From: Paraspadella gotoi
Taxonomy: Eukaryota > Animalia > Chaetognatha
Assembly: GCA_051294375.1 (NCBI GenBank)
Contig: CM119264.1
Location: 26,380,972-26,444,971 of the forward strand
Direction: 5' to 3'
DNA: 64,000 bases
Positions within the stretch are counted from its first letter, which is position 1. Each line of letters opens with the position of its first letter. The notes beneath the pieces are model-generated. The model was not told where the DNA came from and did not search any database. It saw only the letters and a list, made by a program, of their open reading frames with translations. This document shows positions 27,434 through 41,480 of the stretch, piece by piece. Position numbers and translations under genes: made by a program.

Positions 27434-28759
27434 GTTCTTAGCTTTGTTTGTGTCTCTGTTTCATTTTTTTTTTCATTCTTCAGATTCCGAATTTGTTCAT
27501 AACAATTTTTTTTAAGTCTCGGTTCCATTAACAAGTTTTCGAGAAAAAAAAAACATTTTAAAAGGTTTGAACGAAGCGGCATCTGCGAATTTTACTATCA
27601 CTAGATTTTTTTTTACTTCCCCTCGCTTCTCTTAATTTCTTTTCTGTTTAAAAAAAAAATTTCTTTGTTCTCGGACATGATGAATATTCCCTTTTCCCGC
27701 CACAATAAAAAAGATGAGAAAGATAGAAAGACGAGTGGAATTTAAAGAGAGAGAAGGAAAGGAAGGTAGGAAGGAAGACAGGAATGGATGAAAAGAAGAA
27801 GGAAAAATGAAGATGGGAAGGTAGGAAGAAATAGAAGATATTGTTTGAGAGAGTTAAAAGAAAGGGAGGTGGGAAAAGATAGATGGATAGAAAGATTAAA
27901 GCAGGTAGGAAGGTAGGAAAAAAAAGGAATGGAGTAAGAGAGAAATGAACGATGAGGATTAGAAGATAGCAAAGGGGATTATGAGAGGAGAAAATAGGGG
28001 AAAGTATTGAGAGTGAAAGAAAAGAAAATTTAAATAATCAACCAAATTTAGTTTGACCGTTTATAATTGTTTTCTCATAGTCGAAACTATATAGTCTAAA
28101 CCTAATAACGTCAGTTTTAAACGTAACTAATTAAACTCTTAATTAAATCTAACTAAAGGGTTAGCACTATCTAGGCCAAAGAGAAGGATGGGAATTCAAA
28201 TTAAAGACTTTCGTCGTAATCTCCTTTTTTTTCTCTTCTTTTTGGAACACGCGTTCGCTTCAAATTGCTTTTGCATAAATAACGACTTTGCTCCTTTCTG
28301 CTTTTTTTTTTCTCGGTGGCCCAGAGGGGGGAAACGACTCGAGTCCAGTTGATTCAAAATGGCGGTATTTTAAAACCGCTTGAGCTATGGTCCCTATTTA
28401 AACTTTTGAAAATTTAAAATGAGTCGCTGACGAGTTTAATAAAAGTGCCAAATGATGGACCGAAACTTTCCTCCACTCTGGAAAGTCTCTACCAGAGTAA
28501 GGACGACCAATACTCACCCGCCTTTCCTTTTTTCTTTCGCTCCCCGATTCAAGACACGCCATCCGTTCGGCCGAAAAAGTCTTCCACATTTCTCCACTCT
28601 TTTATCCACTTTTATCCACTCCAGTTTCTATTTTTATCCACCCCATTTTTTTTAATCAATTTTACGTTTATAAAAACCCTAACTATCTGACCTCATCGAA
28701 ACTAACAAAATGTAACCATGCAAAGCATATCATAAAAACTTTGAAATCAGTCCGCAATA

Positions 28760-29143
28760 AAACCGCAATGAATGCGTCCTAGCACACTAAGCCCAAAACC
28801 GCAAATGAATGCTCCTAGCACACTAAGCCCAAACCGCAATGAATGCGTCCAAGCACACTAAGCCAAACCGCAATGAATGCGTCCTAAGCACACTAAGCCC
28901 AAACCGCAATGAATGCGTCCTAGCACACTAAGCCCAAACCGCAATGAATGCGTCACACACTAAGCCCAAACCGCAATGAATGCGTCCAAGCCACTAAGCC
29001 CAAACCGCAATGAATGCGTCCTAGCACACTAAGCCCAAACCGCAATGAATGCGTCCTAGCACACTAAGCCCAAACCGCAATGAATGCGTCCTAGCATACT
29101 AAGCCAAACCGCAATGAATGCGTCCTAGCACACTAAGCCACAA
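28760..29143. repeat. 35-bp minisatellite, ~11 near-identical units
   Basis: Unit aaaccgcaatgaatgcgtcctagcacactaagccc, head-to-tail, no spacers. Confidence 0.96.
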
Positions 29144-29336
29144 ACCAAAACCCATTCCACGCCCTGCCCCCCACCCCGGATGACTCACCCCCTCCCCCCC
29201 CACCGCTCCGATTTCTTCTCTTCGTTTTCGTAGTCAACTACTTATGTTTTTCAAGAAATGAGACTTTGACTCTCGGTCCTCCTCTTCCATGACATCGGGA
29301 GGAAACGGTCGAGCAAATCAAAATCTCTCTCCTCTC

Positions 29337-29388
<52 letters not shown>

Positions 29389-30478
29389 TCCATTTTTTCT
29401 TTTTCTGATAAGGCTCCAGTTTCTTTTTCGGGGGAAATTTCAGGGGAAATATTGTAACTCTTTTTACTAATTTATCTGTGAAAGTGATAAAACTTTCTTT
29501 CTATTGTCTTCTTTTCTTCCAACATCGTACAGTTCATTAGTAATTTTTTTTACCTGTATTCTATTCACGGCAAAAAAAAGTTGTCAAAAGAAGGGAAAAA
29601 AAGGAAAAAAAAGTAAAAAAAGAAAAAGAAAAAAAAAGAAGGAAAAAAATAAGGAAAAAAAAAGGGAAAAAAGTAATAAGTCAGAAATCTAGTTTATATT
29701 TCCAACGAATCCTCGTTTTTGTGAAGATGAAAAAAATTGTTCGAGTGTCAAAGGGTTCAAGACAAAAATGAGCCCAAACATCAAAACACAGCGTCAACCA
29801 AATCAGTCAACCAGAGAGCAACAACGGAAGCATGTCTGACAGTGCTTTGGATTTTTAACGGTTGAACGCGAAATAAAGTATTAGCGTTAAAATTTATAAA
29901 GTTTAAAAGATATTAATCTAACATATTGTGGACGCAACAAGTTTTTTTAAGCTTACGTACAATATAGAAATGTAAATAACTGATGGGGTAGTTTTGTTTT
30001 ATTTTACTAATGAAGCAAAACAAATTCAAGGGAAGAAAGTTAGCCAAAATCCAATCACCCGGGACGTATGATTTACTCACCTTATTAATGTAAAAAACGA
30101 CAAAAACTTATCCGTCAAAATCCGTCATACTAATTTTCTAAATCACATTGTAATTTTAACGATTGTTTAGTTAGAGCATTTACGTGAGAAAGATTAAACC
30201 AATTAATGTTTCGTAACAGAAGAATTTTATGAAAAAACCAATTTTAAAAACATCACCCTGAAAAAAAAAGGATACTTATCGTTGTGTGGAATAACGCGAA
30301 GCCAATAACCGCGTAATGGAAAACAATAATAATAAACATTTCCTGACAGAGTGGCATTTCAGGGGGAAAAAAGAAAAAAGTTAAAAAAAAAAAAGAAAGA
30401 AGAAAGAAGAAAAAAGAAAGAAGAAGGTGTCGCAGTCGCAACGTAGTCCACGGGTTAGGTGTCGTCGTCGTCGTTATC

Positions 30479-30595
30479 ATCGTTGTCAATATCGTCGGCT
30501 TTGTCATCGTCGTCGTCGTTGCCAATATCGTCGGCTTTGTCATCGTCATCGTCGTTGTCAATATCGTCGGCTTTGTCATCGTCATCGTCGTTGTC
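30479..30595. repeat. 36-bp higher-order repeat x3 within a GTC tract
   Basis: tcgttgtcaatatcgtcggctttgtcatcgtcatcg repeated. Confidence 0.85.
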
Positions 30596-32278
30596 TGTCC
30601 ATGACGTCGGCTTCATCCTCGTCGTACTCACTTTGCTTCAGTCTTCACCGTTGGTTTCGCCGTCTTCGTCATCTTCGTCGTCTTTGTCGGTGTCTTAATG
30701 GATGTCATCGTCGTAGCTGTCCCTGTCATCAATGTCGTGAACTTCATCATCATTGTCATCTTTGCCGTAGACTTCGTCGTCATCGTCATCATCATTTTCA
30801 TTGACGTTTCCGTCGTCGTCATCGTCGTCATCGACATATTCGTCTTCGTCATCGTCGTCAATCGGCCGGAGTTTTTCTTTCCCCCCCCCCAACCCACTCC
30901 ACCTCCCCCTCACTCCGCCCTAACAGAGCTCCGTCCGCCGGGAGAAACGGGCGCTCGTTCGGTCGGGAGCCGCGTTGCCGTGGAAACGCGAATTGGAAGG
31001 AATTAGAGGGGGCCACCGGGGGCGAAGTCAGCCGAGCGGGAATGGCTTCGTTTCTACGGGACTCGGAGATTTGCATGGGAAATGTCGATGGGTCCCCTCG
31101 GTCGGCGAAAAAAAAAAAAAACAGGGTCCGAGACTCTGATTTTGGGCGGAAAAGAATGTCAAGTTAAACGTATGAAAAATGTAATTATTTGGTATTAAAT
31201 TTACGCGTGGGCTTAATTTTGTATTTGACTGTATAAGATAACTGTATAAGATAACAAAGCTCAACCTTATTTTTTTTTTGTCTCCGGGACGAGCGGGGTT
31301 GTCGAATGTTCAGCCAACTTCCAACACCCACGGCGCATGCGCGTTGAAAGGTCGTTAGATTTTAGGAAAAGTGAGTTTTGATGAGAGGTACCATCACCAA
31401 TACCATCACCATCTCATCCCCGAAAAAAAAAATATTGATGAGTATCTGGTGTACATAAGTTCGAGTGATTAGCAGATCTATTCACAGAGCCCGGTACCAG
31501 TCAGGTTCACAGTGACGGTATCTTACTTCGACATTCAACTGGGCAAATCTTACAGACATCTGTCGAGGCGAGGTTTAAGCTAAAGCTAAGAATGCGTCAC
31601 TTAAACTCCTAACCATTCCTTAACAATGAATTATCTTTCAACATCAGGCCGCCTGTTTTCTAAGTGTACCTCTTTCTCTCTTTTTTTCACATTTGTTGCG
31701 ACTTGCAACGTTCGTGGCTTTTGCTAGGGATTTTGTTTTGTGTTACTTTCCGGGTCTCATCCTCCTCTTCCGTCAGGATCTTTGTCGTCGTCGTCGTCGT
31801 CGTCACTGGCGAGGGGGATGAGTTTGCGTTGGCTTTGCTCCACGAATAATCTGGCGACTAAACCCAAAGATGTCAAAAGTCGTCGCGCGTCGGTGCGGCA
31901 GCGCAGCGGCGCCGGTGCGGCGGTTCAGCGGCGTCAGGAGAGCGGCGGGAGCAGCCGGTAGCAGTATCGACAATGTTAGCAGCAATTATCAGTGCCTGAA
32001 GAGTTGATGGAGAAGAGTCGAAGCATCGTCAATGATTTGCCGGTGCAGCTAGAAACAACTATCGGCACTAGTAGTAACTGCGTCGGCGGCGGCGGAGTCG
32101 GCGTCGTTGCCGGTGCAACCTCGGTGCCAGGAAATTGAAAACAAGCGACTCCCGCTGAGTTGGAGGAAAGGGAGAGAGGAAGGGAAGAGGGAGGGGAGAG
32201 GACGGACGCCGGAGGCCCACATTATCCGCAGGTAAGTTAATGTTGTTTGGAGGTGTTCCGACGTTTTTTTAGGTAAAC

Positions 32279-32393
<115 letters not shown>

Positions 32394-33821
32394 CACAAAT
32401 AGAAAGTTAAAAAAACATTGACGCAAAAATAGGCAAAGAGACGAACAGAGAGGAAGACAGACAGACATAAACATATATTGACAGACAGAATCACAGAAAT
32501 ATATCAGAAATATAAATATAGACAAAAAGAGACCGACAGAAGCAGGCGAGACTCTAGTAAAAGTTACTTCCGTTTTTCTCATTAGTCATCACCGAAGTTC
32601 ACCGTCGAATTCAGAGCGAGAGATTTTTTTTTTAATTTTTAAGCTTTTTAAATTCTTTTTTTTTTAAGCTTTTTGTCTGGTTTTTTGTTAGAAAAGCTTT
32701 TGAATTTTCACTTTCGTTTCCTCCTTTTTTTTTCAATCGCCATTTTTTTTAGGCTGCATCGATGTACTTTACTTGGCGACCGAACGGAAACAGCGCAGGC
32801 GCCATCTTTAAATTTGCGGTATCACTGAAGCAACTAACGCCGTATCTGCTGAGCATCCTTACCATCTTTTCCGCAGAGTTATCATGTACTTATATGTATA
32901 ATATAGAATACAATACGTAAAATATCTGAATGTTCACCCTCCTGGTTTGAAGCACCAGTTCGACGTTTTCTACGATGCCGAATCTGACATCACAGCAACT
33001 AACGCCATCGACGCAGCCGCCTCTATCGTCGCCGCCGCCGTTGCAGCCGCCGACGCAGCCGTCGCTGCCGTCTCCACCGCCGCATCCGCCGCCGCAGCCG
33101 CCACAGACGACGGATGGGTTTGAAAAATGAGTCGGCACGTCGGTGAGCGACAGGTAAAGGACAGAAACCGGCGGGCGATAGGAAGAGGAGGAGGAGGAGG
33201 AAGTGGAGGAAAGGTAGGGTAGAAGCGGTAAATGGAGGGTGAGGTTAGGCGGAGGGGGAAGGGGGGCAGCCAAGTGCGCGAATGACTGGAATGTAAATTC
33301 GGTGAATGAAGTCATCGCGGGCGGAAAAAAAAAACGAAAAGGGAGAAAAGGAAAGGAGAGAAAAAGGGAGGAAAGGAAAGGGAATCGGTATGAAAAGGCA
33401 GGTAAAGTGTAAAGGTAAAGCGCAAAGGTAAAAAGGAAAAGGAAAAAGGAAAAAAAATTATTGAAATAGGAAAGAAAAGAGGAAGAGAAGGGAGAGAAAA
33501 GAAAGAATAAGAATAGAAACTAAAGAAGATGTTGGATGAAAAGCTTGAAATTGAGAAGAGGAATAAAAGATAAGAAAAGTGCGCGACAGAAAAGCAACCG
33601 GGTACAAGGACAAACCGGAAAAAAAATAGATAGAAGATAGAAACGCGCTGTGAAAAAAGACAGTGAAGCGTTGGGCGAAGAATTTGAAAAAGATGAAAAA
33701 AGGTTTTTATTTTTTTTTTGGTCCTCACGTAAAAAGATCATTCGACTCGACGAAACTCGGCGGCGGAAGCGAAAAAAAGTCTCGAGTCGAACCGACCTGA
33801 GTTGGTGACAATTTTTTTCGC

Positions 33822-34040
33822 GACAGAAGTTCTGACTGTTCTGTCATTGAAAGGAAGGGATGGTCCGACTGTTTCTTTTTTCAAAGGGGACAGAAGTTAC
33901 GACAGTTCTGACTTTGAAAGGGACCTCGGTACTAACTGTTTCGTCTTTGAAATCGGTACGTCTGTTTTGTACCGACAGTTATTTATTGGAAATGGACAGA
34001 AGTTATAACCGTTCTGTCTCTAAAAAGGACAAAAGTTCAG
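33822..34040. repeat. Degenerate ~33-bp tandem repeat
   Basis: Recurrent gacagaagtt...gac(t/a)gttctg...ttgaaaggg motifs. Confidence 0.6.
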
Positions 34041-34965
34041 ATATTTGTATGAATGTCCTTTTTTTTTAAGGCAAAGGACAATTTTAATTTCGCAAGACAA
34101 ACGACAATGAGTTTATGAAAATATTTTTTTTTTTTTGCAAACACCAAATCAAAATAATAAACGTTAAAGAAATTCTTTATAACAACTGACAAAAGGAAGA
34201 TAATTTACCGGCCGCCCTTCCCCCTTAAAAGGGCATCCCCGAACTCAATTCGAAAACGATGCTCGACTTCGCCCATAAAATCCGCATCTTACGTTCGAAA
34301 CGACCATAAAAGGGGCATTTCGAGCCACCAAGGGCAAAGTCGGCCCCGACGGCCTCCGAGCGGAGATCTCAGTTTTGATCATCATCATAATCTTCGGCCT
34401 TTTATGCGCATGCGTTTAATCGTGGCTCTGGAAGCGGAGGGGGGAGAGGGAAGAATTTGTGGGGGGGAGGGGTTGTGGATGAGTGGGGGGAAAAGAAAGC
34501 GGGGTTGAGAATAAGGAAGGAATTTTTTTTTTAAGATAACGGATTGTTTTCATTTTTATTAGCGGTAAAATGCCATTAATGACGCAATAATGACGCAATA
34601 ACAATATCAGGTAGCGTTAAATTTACAGACTTTAAATCAAGAAGAATGGGGAATAAAGAAAAAAAAGGGGATAAACTATTGATAAGGTATGAGATGGAAT
34701 TAAGTGTTGGAAGATAGCAACGAAAAGAAACTGAATGAAGGAAGGGAGGAAAAAGATGAGTGAGAGGATGTGATACATTAAGAATGCGAGAAGATGTGAA
34801 GATATGAACCGTGATTGAAAAAAAAACACCGTGACGTAATTCTAAAGCGACGAACGTGAAAGGAGGTTGAAAGCGAAGAAGACGACGAGAAAGTTTTGCC
34901 GGGGTTACGAGGGTAAGGGTTACGGGTAAGAGAGGGACGCCAAAAAAGTAGGTGATAAACCCATT

Positions 34966-35056
<91 letters not shown>

Positions 35057-35130
35057 TCTCTCTCTCTCTTTTCTCCCTTTCCCATCGGACTTGGCTCCCC
35101 TCGGAGGTTTTCTCAGCGATAAGCGAGAGG

Positions 35131-35201
<71 letters not shown>

Positions 35202-36180
35202 AAGAGAGAGATTTACTTTCTCGGTTTTTGGTGACGGGAGTAAAAACCGAGTTTCCTGGTCGGAAGATTGCTTTTCAGACTCGAATGAATTGAAATGGTC
35301 GGAAAGTCTATTTATATTCCCATATATTATATAAATGTATGTACATATATATTCGTTTAAATACTTTTTTTCCTGTCTTTTTTTGTTTCATTTTTAGGTT
35401 TTTTTTTTTAAAGCAAATTCCACAAAAAAAAGAAAAGAAATTCGGACAACCTCGGATGACCTTCCGTTCGTTAATTAATTCAGGAGCTTAGTTCGTCTCC
35501 GTCGAGAGTAGTCTTTTTATTTAACCTTATTATCGTGACCTTAACCGCCTTAACTCTCCCTCACACAGCCTCACCCTTTCTTCATCTTCTTGACCTTTCC
35601 TCACACAAAATCATCTTTTTTCTTTTCGTCACTATGCCAGATTAGTTCTTAACATATTGGCACAGTGGCTCATTTTCCTTATCTTTAAATCCCCTCGTAT
35701 ATAAAGAATTTAAACAGTTTTTTATATTATATTTATATTATTATTATATTTTTATTATCTTATCAACAATATAATAAAATAATATATAAAAAAATAATAT
35801 AACTTTAAAATCAAACGTTTTTACGTTTTCTTAAGCGGAGGACAGCAGCGAACAGCTTAATTGTACAAACTGTGTTAAAATTGTCAGTAAGCAAAGACTT
35901 TGTCATTTCCCTTACACTTTCGAACCTTTTCTTTGATCTCATCCCTTTATTTGTGTCACCTCTATTTTTTTCTCTCACGTCTAGTTTTCCCGTCACAAGA
36001 AAAAAAAAATTCGTGAGATAAAAAAAAGAGAGAAAAAGAGAGAGAGAGAGAGAGTGAGAGAGAGACTAGCGTTTCGACGATATCACGTGAATTCGACCCC
36101 AACATCACATGATTGCGACCTCGATATCACGTGATTTCGTGTTGAGACGCCATGTGACCCTTGAAACGGGCAATGCTGGG

Positions 36181-36276
<96 letters not shown>

Positions 36277-36415
36277 AGCCACGTGACCCCGAAACGGGCG
36301 ACCCTTTCCCGTGCGACCGCAAAGTCGTTGACCTCCTTTTCACTTTCTCTTTCCCTTTTTTTTTTACTCTTTTCCCTCAAATTCGTCCCATTTCCTCTTT
36401 TTTCAGATGACGAGA

Positions 36416-36466
<51 letters not shown>

Positions 36467-36719
36467 CCACTCCCTCCTCCCTTTTCTCTCCGTTTCAATG
36501 ATTCTCTTTTCGACGTTTTTTTCCCCCTTTCTCAGTTTTATTATTCATTCCTTCTCTTATTGAATTTCTTTTTATGTTAGGATTTGTGACGAATGTGTTC
36601 TCCTTTTTCCAGGGTTAAATTTTTTTTCTTTCACTCTATCCCTACTTTTTTTTTAAGTTGCTGAGTGCTTTACTAGGTTTGCGCCTGAATAATTGTAAAA
36701 AGTCTGACTCTTACTCATA

Positions 36720-36932
36720 AAGGGAGTAGTCTTTCATACAATTGAAACATTCTTTGAAACATTATACCACTTCATTGATAGGGAAGCCAGGTACTCTGGG
36801 AGTGAGTGATCTGCTATGTAATTATCTTGTAAGAGTGATGGAGGCCTTAAACCACCAATGCCAGTCCAAAGTCAAGATAGCTTATTTAATAAATGAATGG
36901 ATAATTTTTATATTGGTTGTACTAATTTCATA
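36720..36932 (+). mobile_element. Family B copy with internal deletions
   Basis: Shares gatagggaagccaggtactctgggagtga and the terminal ttggttgtactaatttcata. Confidence 0.85.
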
Positions 36933-36958
36933 AATTTGTTTTTTTGTACTACCTTTTA

Positions 36959-36990
36959 CTAGCAACAACCCGTTCGCGAACGCCCGAATT
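36959..36990 (-). mobile_element. Possible Helitron 3' terminus
   Basis: Minus strand reads cgttcgcgaacg (palindrome) ggttgttg CTAG|T, the canonical hairpin + CTRR + T arrangement. The 5' TC end was not located. Confidence 0.45.
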
Positions 36991-37722
36991 GCTCCAGCCG
37001 TTCCGCATCGACTTTCCAATATGCTTCGTGATCACATTTTTGACCTTAACGCTTCCTTCTTGTCTTATGTGATGTCCTAGTATCCCTTGTCGTATCGTAT
37101 CTCGCCAATTCTTGCAAGATTGCAGATATTTTTCGTCTGTGCTGAATCATCAGCGAAGATGGTGATGCAGAATCAACCGAAAATGGAGAAGAGGAATTCG
37201 GAGAGTAAAACGCAAGAAAATCTGACGAAGTTGCCAAGGATGTAGTGATTGATGGAAATGACATGGCTCAGTCAATCAAGCAAAAAAACCCATGTCAGAG
37301 ACAATAAAACGGATAATACATAGAATCAAACGATGCTTATCGTAAAAAAAACTGATGTAAAGAACAAATTTTGAAATAAAAACTGACCAAAAAAATTAAT
37401 CAATTAATGATATTTCCCTTCAAAGTTCGTAATGAATAAAGTGACTCTAAACCAGAAAAAAGTTAATGGCGACGACGGGATTAAAACGGCGTTCTCTTCT
37501 CACAGCCGCTTATCGTGACGCCTCTTTCAAGATTTTCACTCCGCCGCCATTTTTCTATATTTTTTACATTTAATATTTTTTTATATTTTTCGGCGACAAC
37601 GCTCCTGCCGCCTCAAAAGACGACTACGACGACGACAACGACAACTCGTCAGAATGTAAATTTTAGCCTCCATGCCATTCAGTATTCATATCCTTCTCAT
37701 AACACAAAGGTGAAACTCTTGC

Positions 37723-37844
<122 letters not shown>

Positions 37845-40465
37845 CTGTTAAAAATTCTTTTTTTTTTTCAGTTTTGAGAAAAACTTTTTGCCTCGAGCTT
37901 ATTGTTCCTCCAACTTACGGCGACACACACAAAAAAATAATATCGAACTTGTTCAACTTTTTGATCCTTCAACAACGTTTACAATCAGGTTTTATGATTT
38001 TTCACGTATTCAAATCACGAAATACACATTTCATTTTCTCACTCAAAGTTTACTCTCTCTGTCTCTAAACCTCTCTCCCTTGACATTTTCCCTTTCCTTA
38101 TCTCCCACCCCCTTTCTCTCTTTTCCCTTTTTCGCCTGACGACCTTATCAAGATCTTTTCGCTTTGCATATCAACTTCGCCCGACTAAATCCTCCTTTTC
38201 ACATCCGGGGGGGGAAGTGGGCGTCGACGAAGGGACGTCGACCCAGGCGGAGACGCAGGTGCGGCTCTGCCGGGCGCCGCAGGGCGACACGGAAAATATC
38301 TTCGCTTTTTTGAGGGTTGGTGGATGCGGCGGATGCGGCGGATGCGGCGGGTGCAGCGGGTGCGCGGATACTGCAGAAATAATTATGTTTTATTATTAGC
38401 GATTACTAGTGACTTTTTGACGATAGCTGTATTATCTCAGTTATAGTAGGACAGAAAAAAAACTATAGTTTCTACAATCAAATGCCCCAGAGACAAAGAT
38501 AGTCTGAGTAAGGCATATAATTGATCCGCTTAAGAGTTATGATTTGTCTTTTTATAATTTTATAATAAAATTAGAAATTTTTATTTTAATTTTAAATTTA
38601 ATCAGACAAATCTATATTTTATTTTTTTAATCATGAAAAGTATTTTAAACCTACATACCCTATTTAAATATCGAGTGACACATCGCATAAAAAAAAAAAC
38701 CTTCCCTGACCATTTCGCTCGAGGTGCGTCGTCTCAGGAGACGAAGCGCAGGTGAGTGATAAGGAGATGTCACGAAAAATCTTGACGTCCCTTGGGAGAA
38801 CGGGAGAACGGGAGACAGGAGAAACGGGAGAAAACAGGAAGAACAGAGAGGCAGGAGAAAGCGGGAGAACGGGAGAACAGAGAACGGGAGACGGGAGAAC
38901 AGGAGAACGAGAGAACGGGAGACGGGGAGGGAGAAAGGGGAGGAGGGGGAGGGAAGAGGAAGAGGGGATTGAGGAGGAAGTGGGGACTGGAGGAGGGGAA
39001 GGAGACGGAGGAAGCGGGGAAAGATACGTGTTTGACCTGAAATTAACCCAAAAAAAATGGACAATTTGATAATTTCTTTCTCCCAAAATTAGTTGTATTT
39101 AATTAAAAAGACCATTCTTTAGGCCGATGTTCGAGCATGCCTGCTTCTTGAAAGCGACACATTGATAATTTAATACGTTTCGGATTTTTATCAAGTTTAT
39201 CCGAAGTAAATTAAATAAAAGAAATTTTAAAATATCAAGGCTGACCAAAGTTATATAGAGAAGAATGTAATATACAATTTTCCCTCCTCAGAGTAATAAG
39301 TTTCCCTTTTCAAGCGACCGTCTGTCAAAATTGATTCCTTTCGATCTTTTCTGAGTCGAACTTACCTTTTTTCTTTGCCTTCGAAGTTCGTTTCGTTTCC
39401 GTCAGAGTTCGAATGCCAACTTACCACGCAATTAAGTCATCTTTTTCGTCGAGGTTCCTAATAAATATTCGGCCAAAGAAACGATAAAGAATTTGATTGC
39501 GAAAACATCAAAAGAGGAAGAAAGGGAAGGGAAAAGAGGGAGAAGAGGGGAGAAAAGAAAAAAAGAGACCCAATCCTTATGGCATCCCAATCTCTCAACT
39601 TACCCATCGAAATGCTGTCACCCCTCCGTACAACCGTTTTTCTACTTACCATACGCCTTCCCCACATAACCGAATCTTCGCCATGCAAAAAGCCTTACGA
39701 TCAGATTCGCGTTCAAACCCTCGATAAAAACTTCTTTTTATTTCCTCCCACTTTTTTTTTACTCCCCCGGAGTCCTCACTCAAAATGACTTACCCAAGGA
39801 GACTTACCCTAGAGGCCAAAACTGAGCCACACACCCGCACTGCCACAGCTTCATCCTCACCCCCATAAAACTAAACCCACCCCCCCTAACTTCCCTACGG
39901 GTACTCCGTTATGAGTGGCAATATATTGGGGACGATTGTGTCTGGGATCTTGTAGTCCCTTCGCTTCTTTCGCTTTTATTGCTCCGCTTTCGTCTCTTAA
40001 AAGGATTCATGGCCCAAATTTTGACCGAAAATGGGAGAATATTTTTTGCGGGGATGGGATCTTTTCCCGTCGCCCCTCGGGGGCAGGCGAGGGGGCGGGA
40101 GGGAAGGGGATGAAGAGCAAAGGTGGGAAAGGATGGGGTGCAGAGACCAGGGGAGAAGAATGGAAAGGGGGAGTTAAAAAATGAAAGGGGAGAGAAGAAA
40201 AAGTGACCGGATGAAAAGATTGAAACTGAAACGACGAATGATTTTAACTAAGATAGATAAATAGTCAGTCTGAGATACGCAGAGATAGATCAATATGTAT
40301 GGGTCATGCGGGAAAGCGTTTGTCGATCGATTGCATGGCTCTATCACCAAAAGTTTAATTTTCGTAATTCGGCTGGAAGGAATAGGGACAAGGACCATTC
40401 CGCTCTTTCTTTCTTTCTCTCTTTCTTTCTCTCTTTCTTTCTTTCTTTTTCTTCCTCTCACTTTC

Positions 40466-40547
<82 letters not shown>

Positions 40548-41169
40548 TTTCTTTTCGATTTTCAATATTTTTAACGTTTGGCTGATTCGATTTTTGATTA
40601 TTATTAACTTAAAATTTAAATGTACGAAAGTATAAGCCTTTCTATTTTTCTCTTTCTAAATGAGGTTTTGTTGTTGTTGTTGTTGTGGAGTTTCGAATCT
40701 CGCGTTATATCCGTCTCGTCAGTCCCCGAGTCAACGGGGCGAATCGCGGCCCGAGTGATATATTAGTTTTCTATTAGTTTTTTTTTACTATCAGGGATTT
40801 GAGATATTGACCAGAGTTCGGGGCGGTGGAAGGGGAGTTGGGGCGGTGGAGGGGGATTTGGGGCGGTGGAAGGGGAGGCGCTGAAATTGGGGGACACAGG
40901 GGGAAGAACATTAAGATCCAAATGAAGATTCGTGCTATTTTTTAACCATTTTTAGGTGGGCCCGATAAAGCAAAGGAAAAGTGATTCGCTAAGTGTGGTT
41001 AATGTCACCAACGCAATGAATAAGACAACGATACAGGCTTCACTGGCTACACATGTTATTGCCTAATAACTAGACAGAAGACTAGTCAAAAGATTGGCTG
41101 CCACATGATTACAAGTATGATTTATAATAACATCTTCTGCGCACGGATTCGTGTAGTTCCTTCAGCTGA

Positions 41170-41332
41170 CTCTCTTTTTTACTTCTTCCTTTCCTTATTT
41201 TTCTCTCTCTTTTCCTTCTTCCTTTCCTTATTATACTCTCTCTTTACCTTCTTCCTTTCCTTATTTTACTCTCTCTTTACCTTCTTCCTTTCCTTATTTT
41301 ACTCTCTCTGTACCTTCTTCCTTCCCTTACTC
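41170..41332. repeat. ~33-bp pyrimidine-rich tandem repeat, ~5 units
   Basis: ctctctctttaccttcttcctttccttatttta units. Confidence 0.8.
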
Positions 41333-41376
41333 TAAATTATAACTACCTTCTTTCCTAACTCCTCATTTCGCACTTC

Positions 41377-41480
<104 letters not shown>

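Noticed and set aside
28760-29143. CRISPR-like 35-bp repeat array
   Set aside because: Units are contiguous with no unique spacers, there are no cas genes, and the context is eukaryotic.
32950-33123. Ala-rich or Pro-rich ORF with FFAT-like FYDAES
   Set aside because: The GCC-repeat tract is open in several frames, short, and has no convincing acceptor or start.
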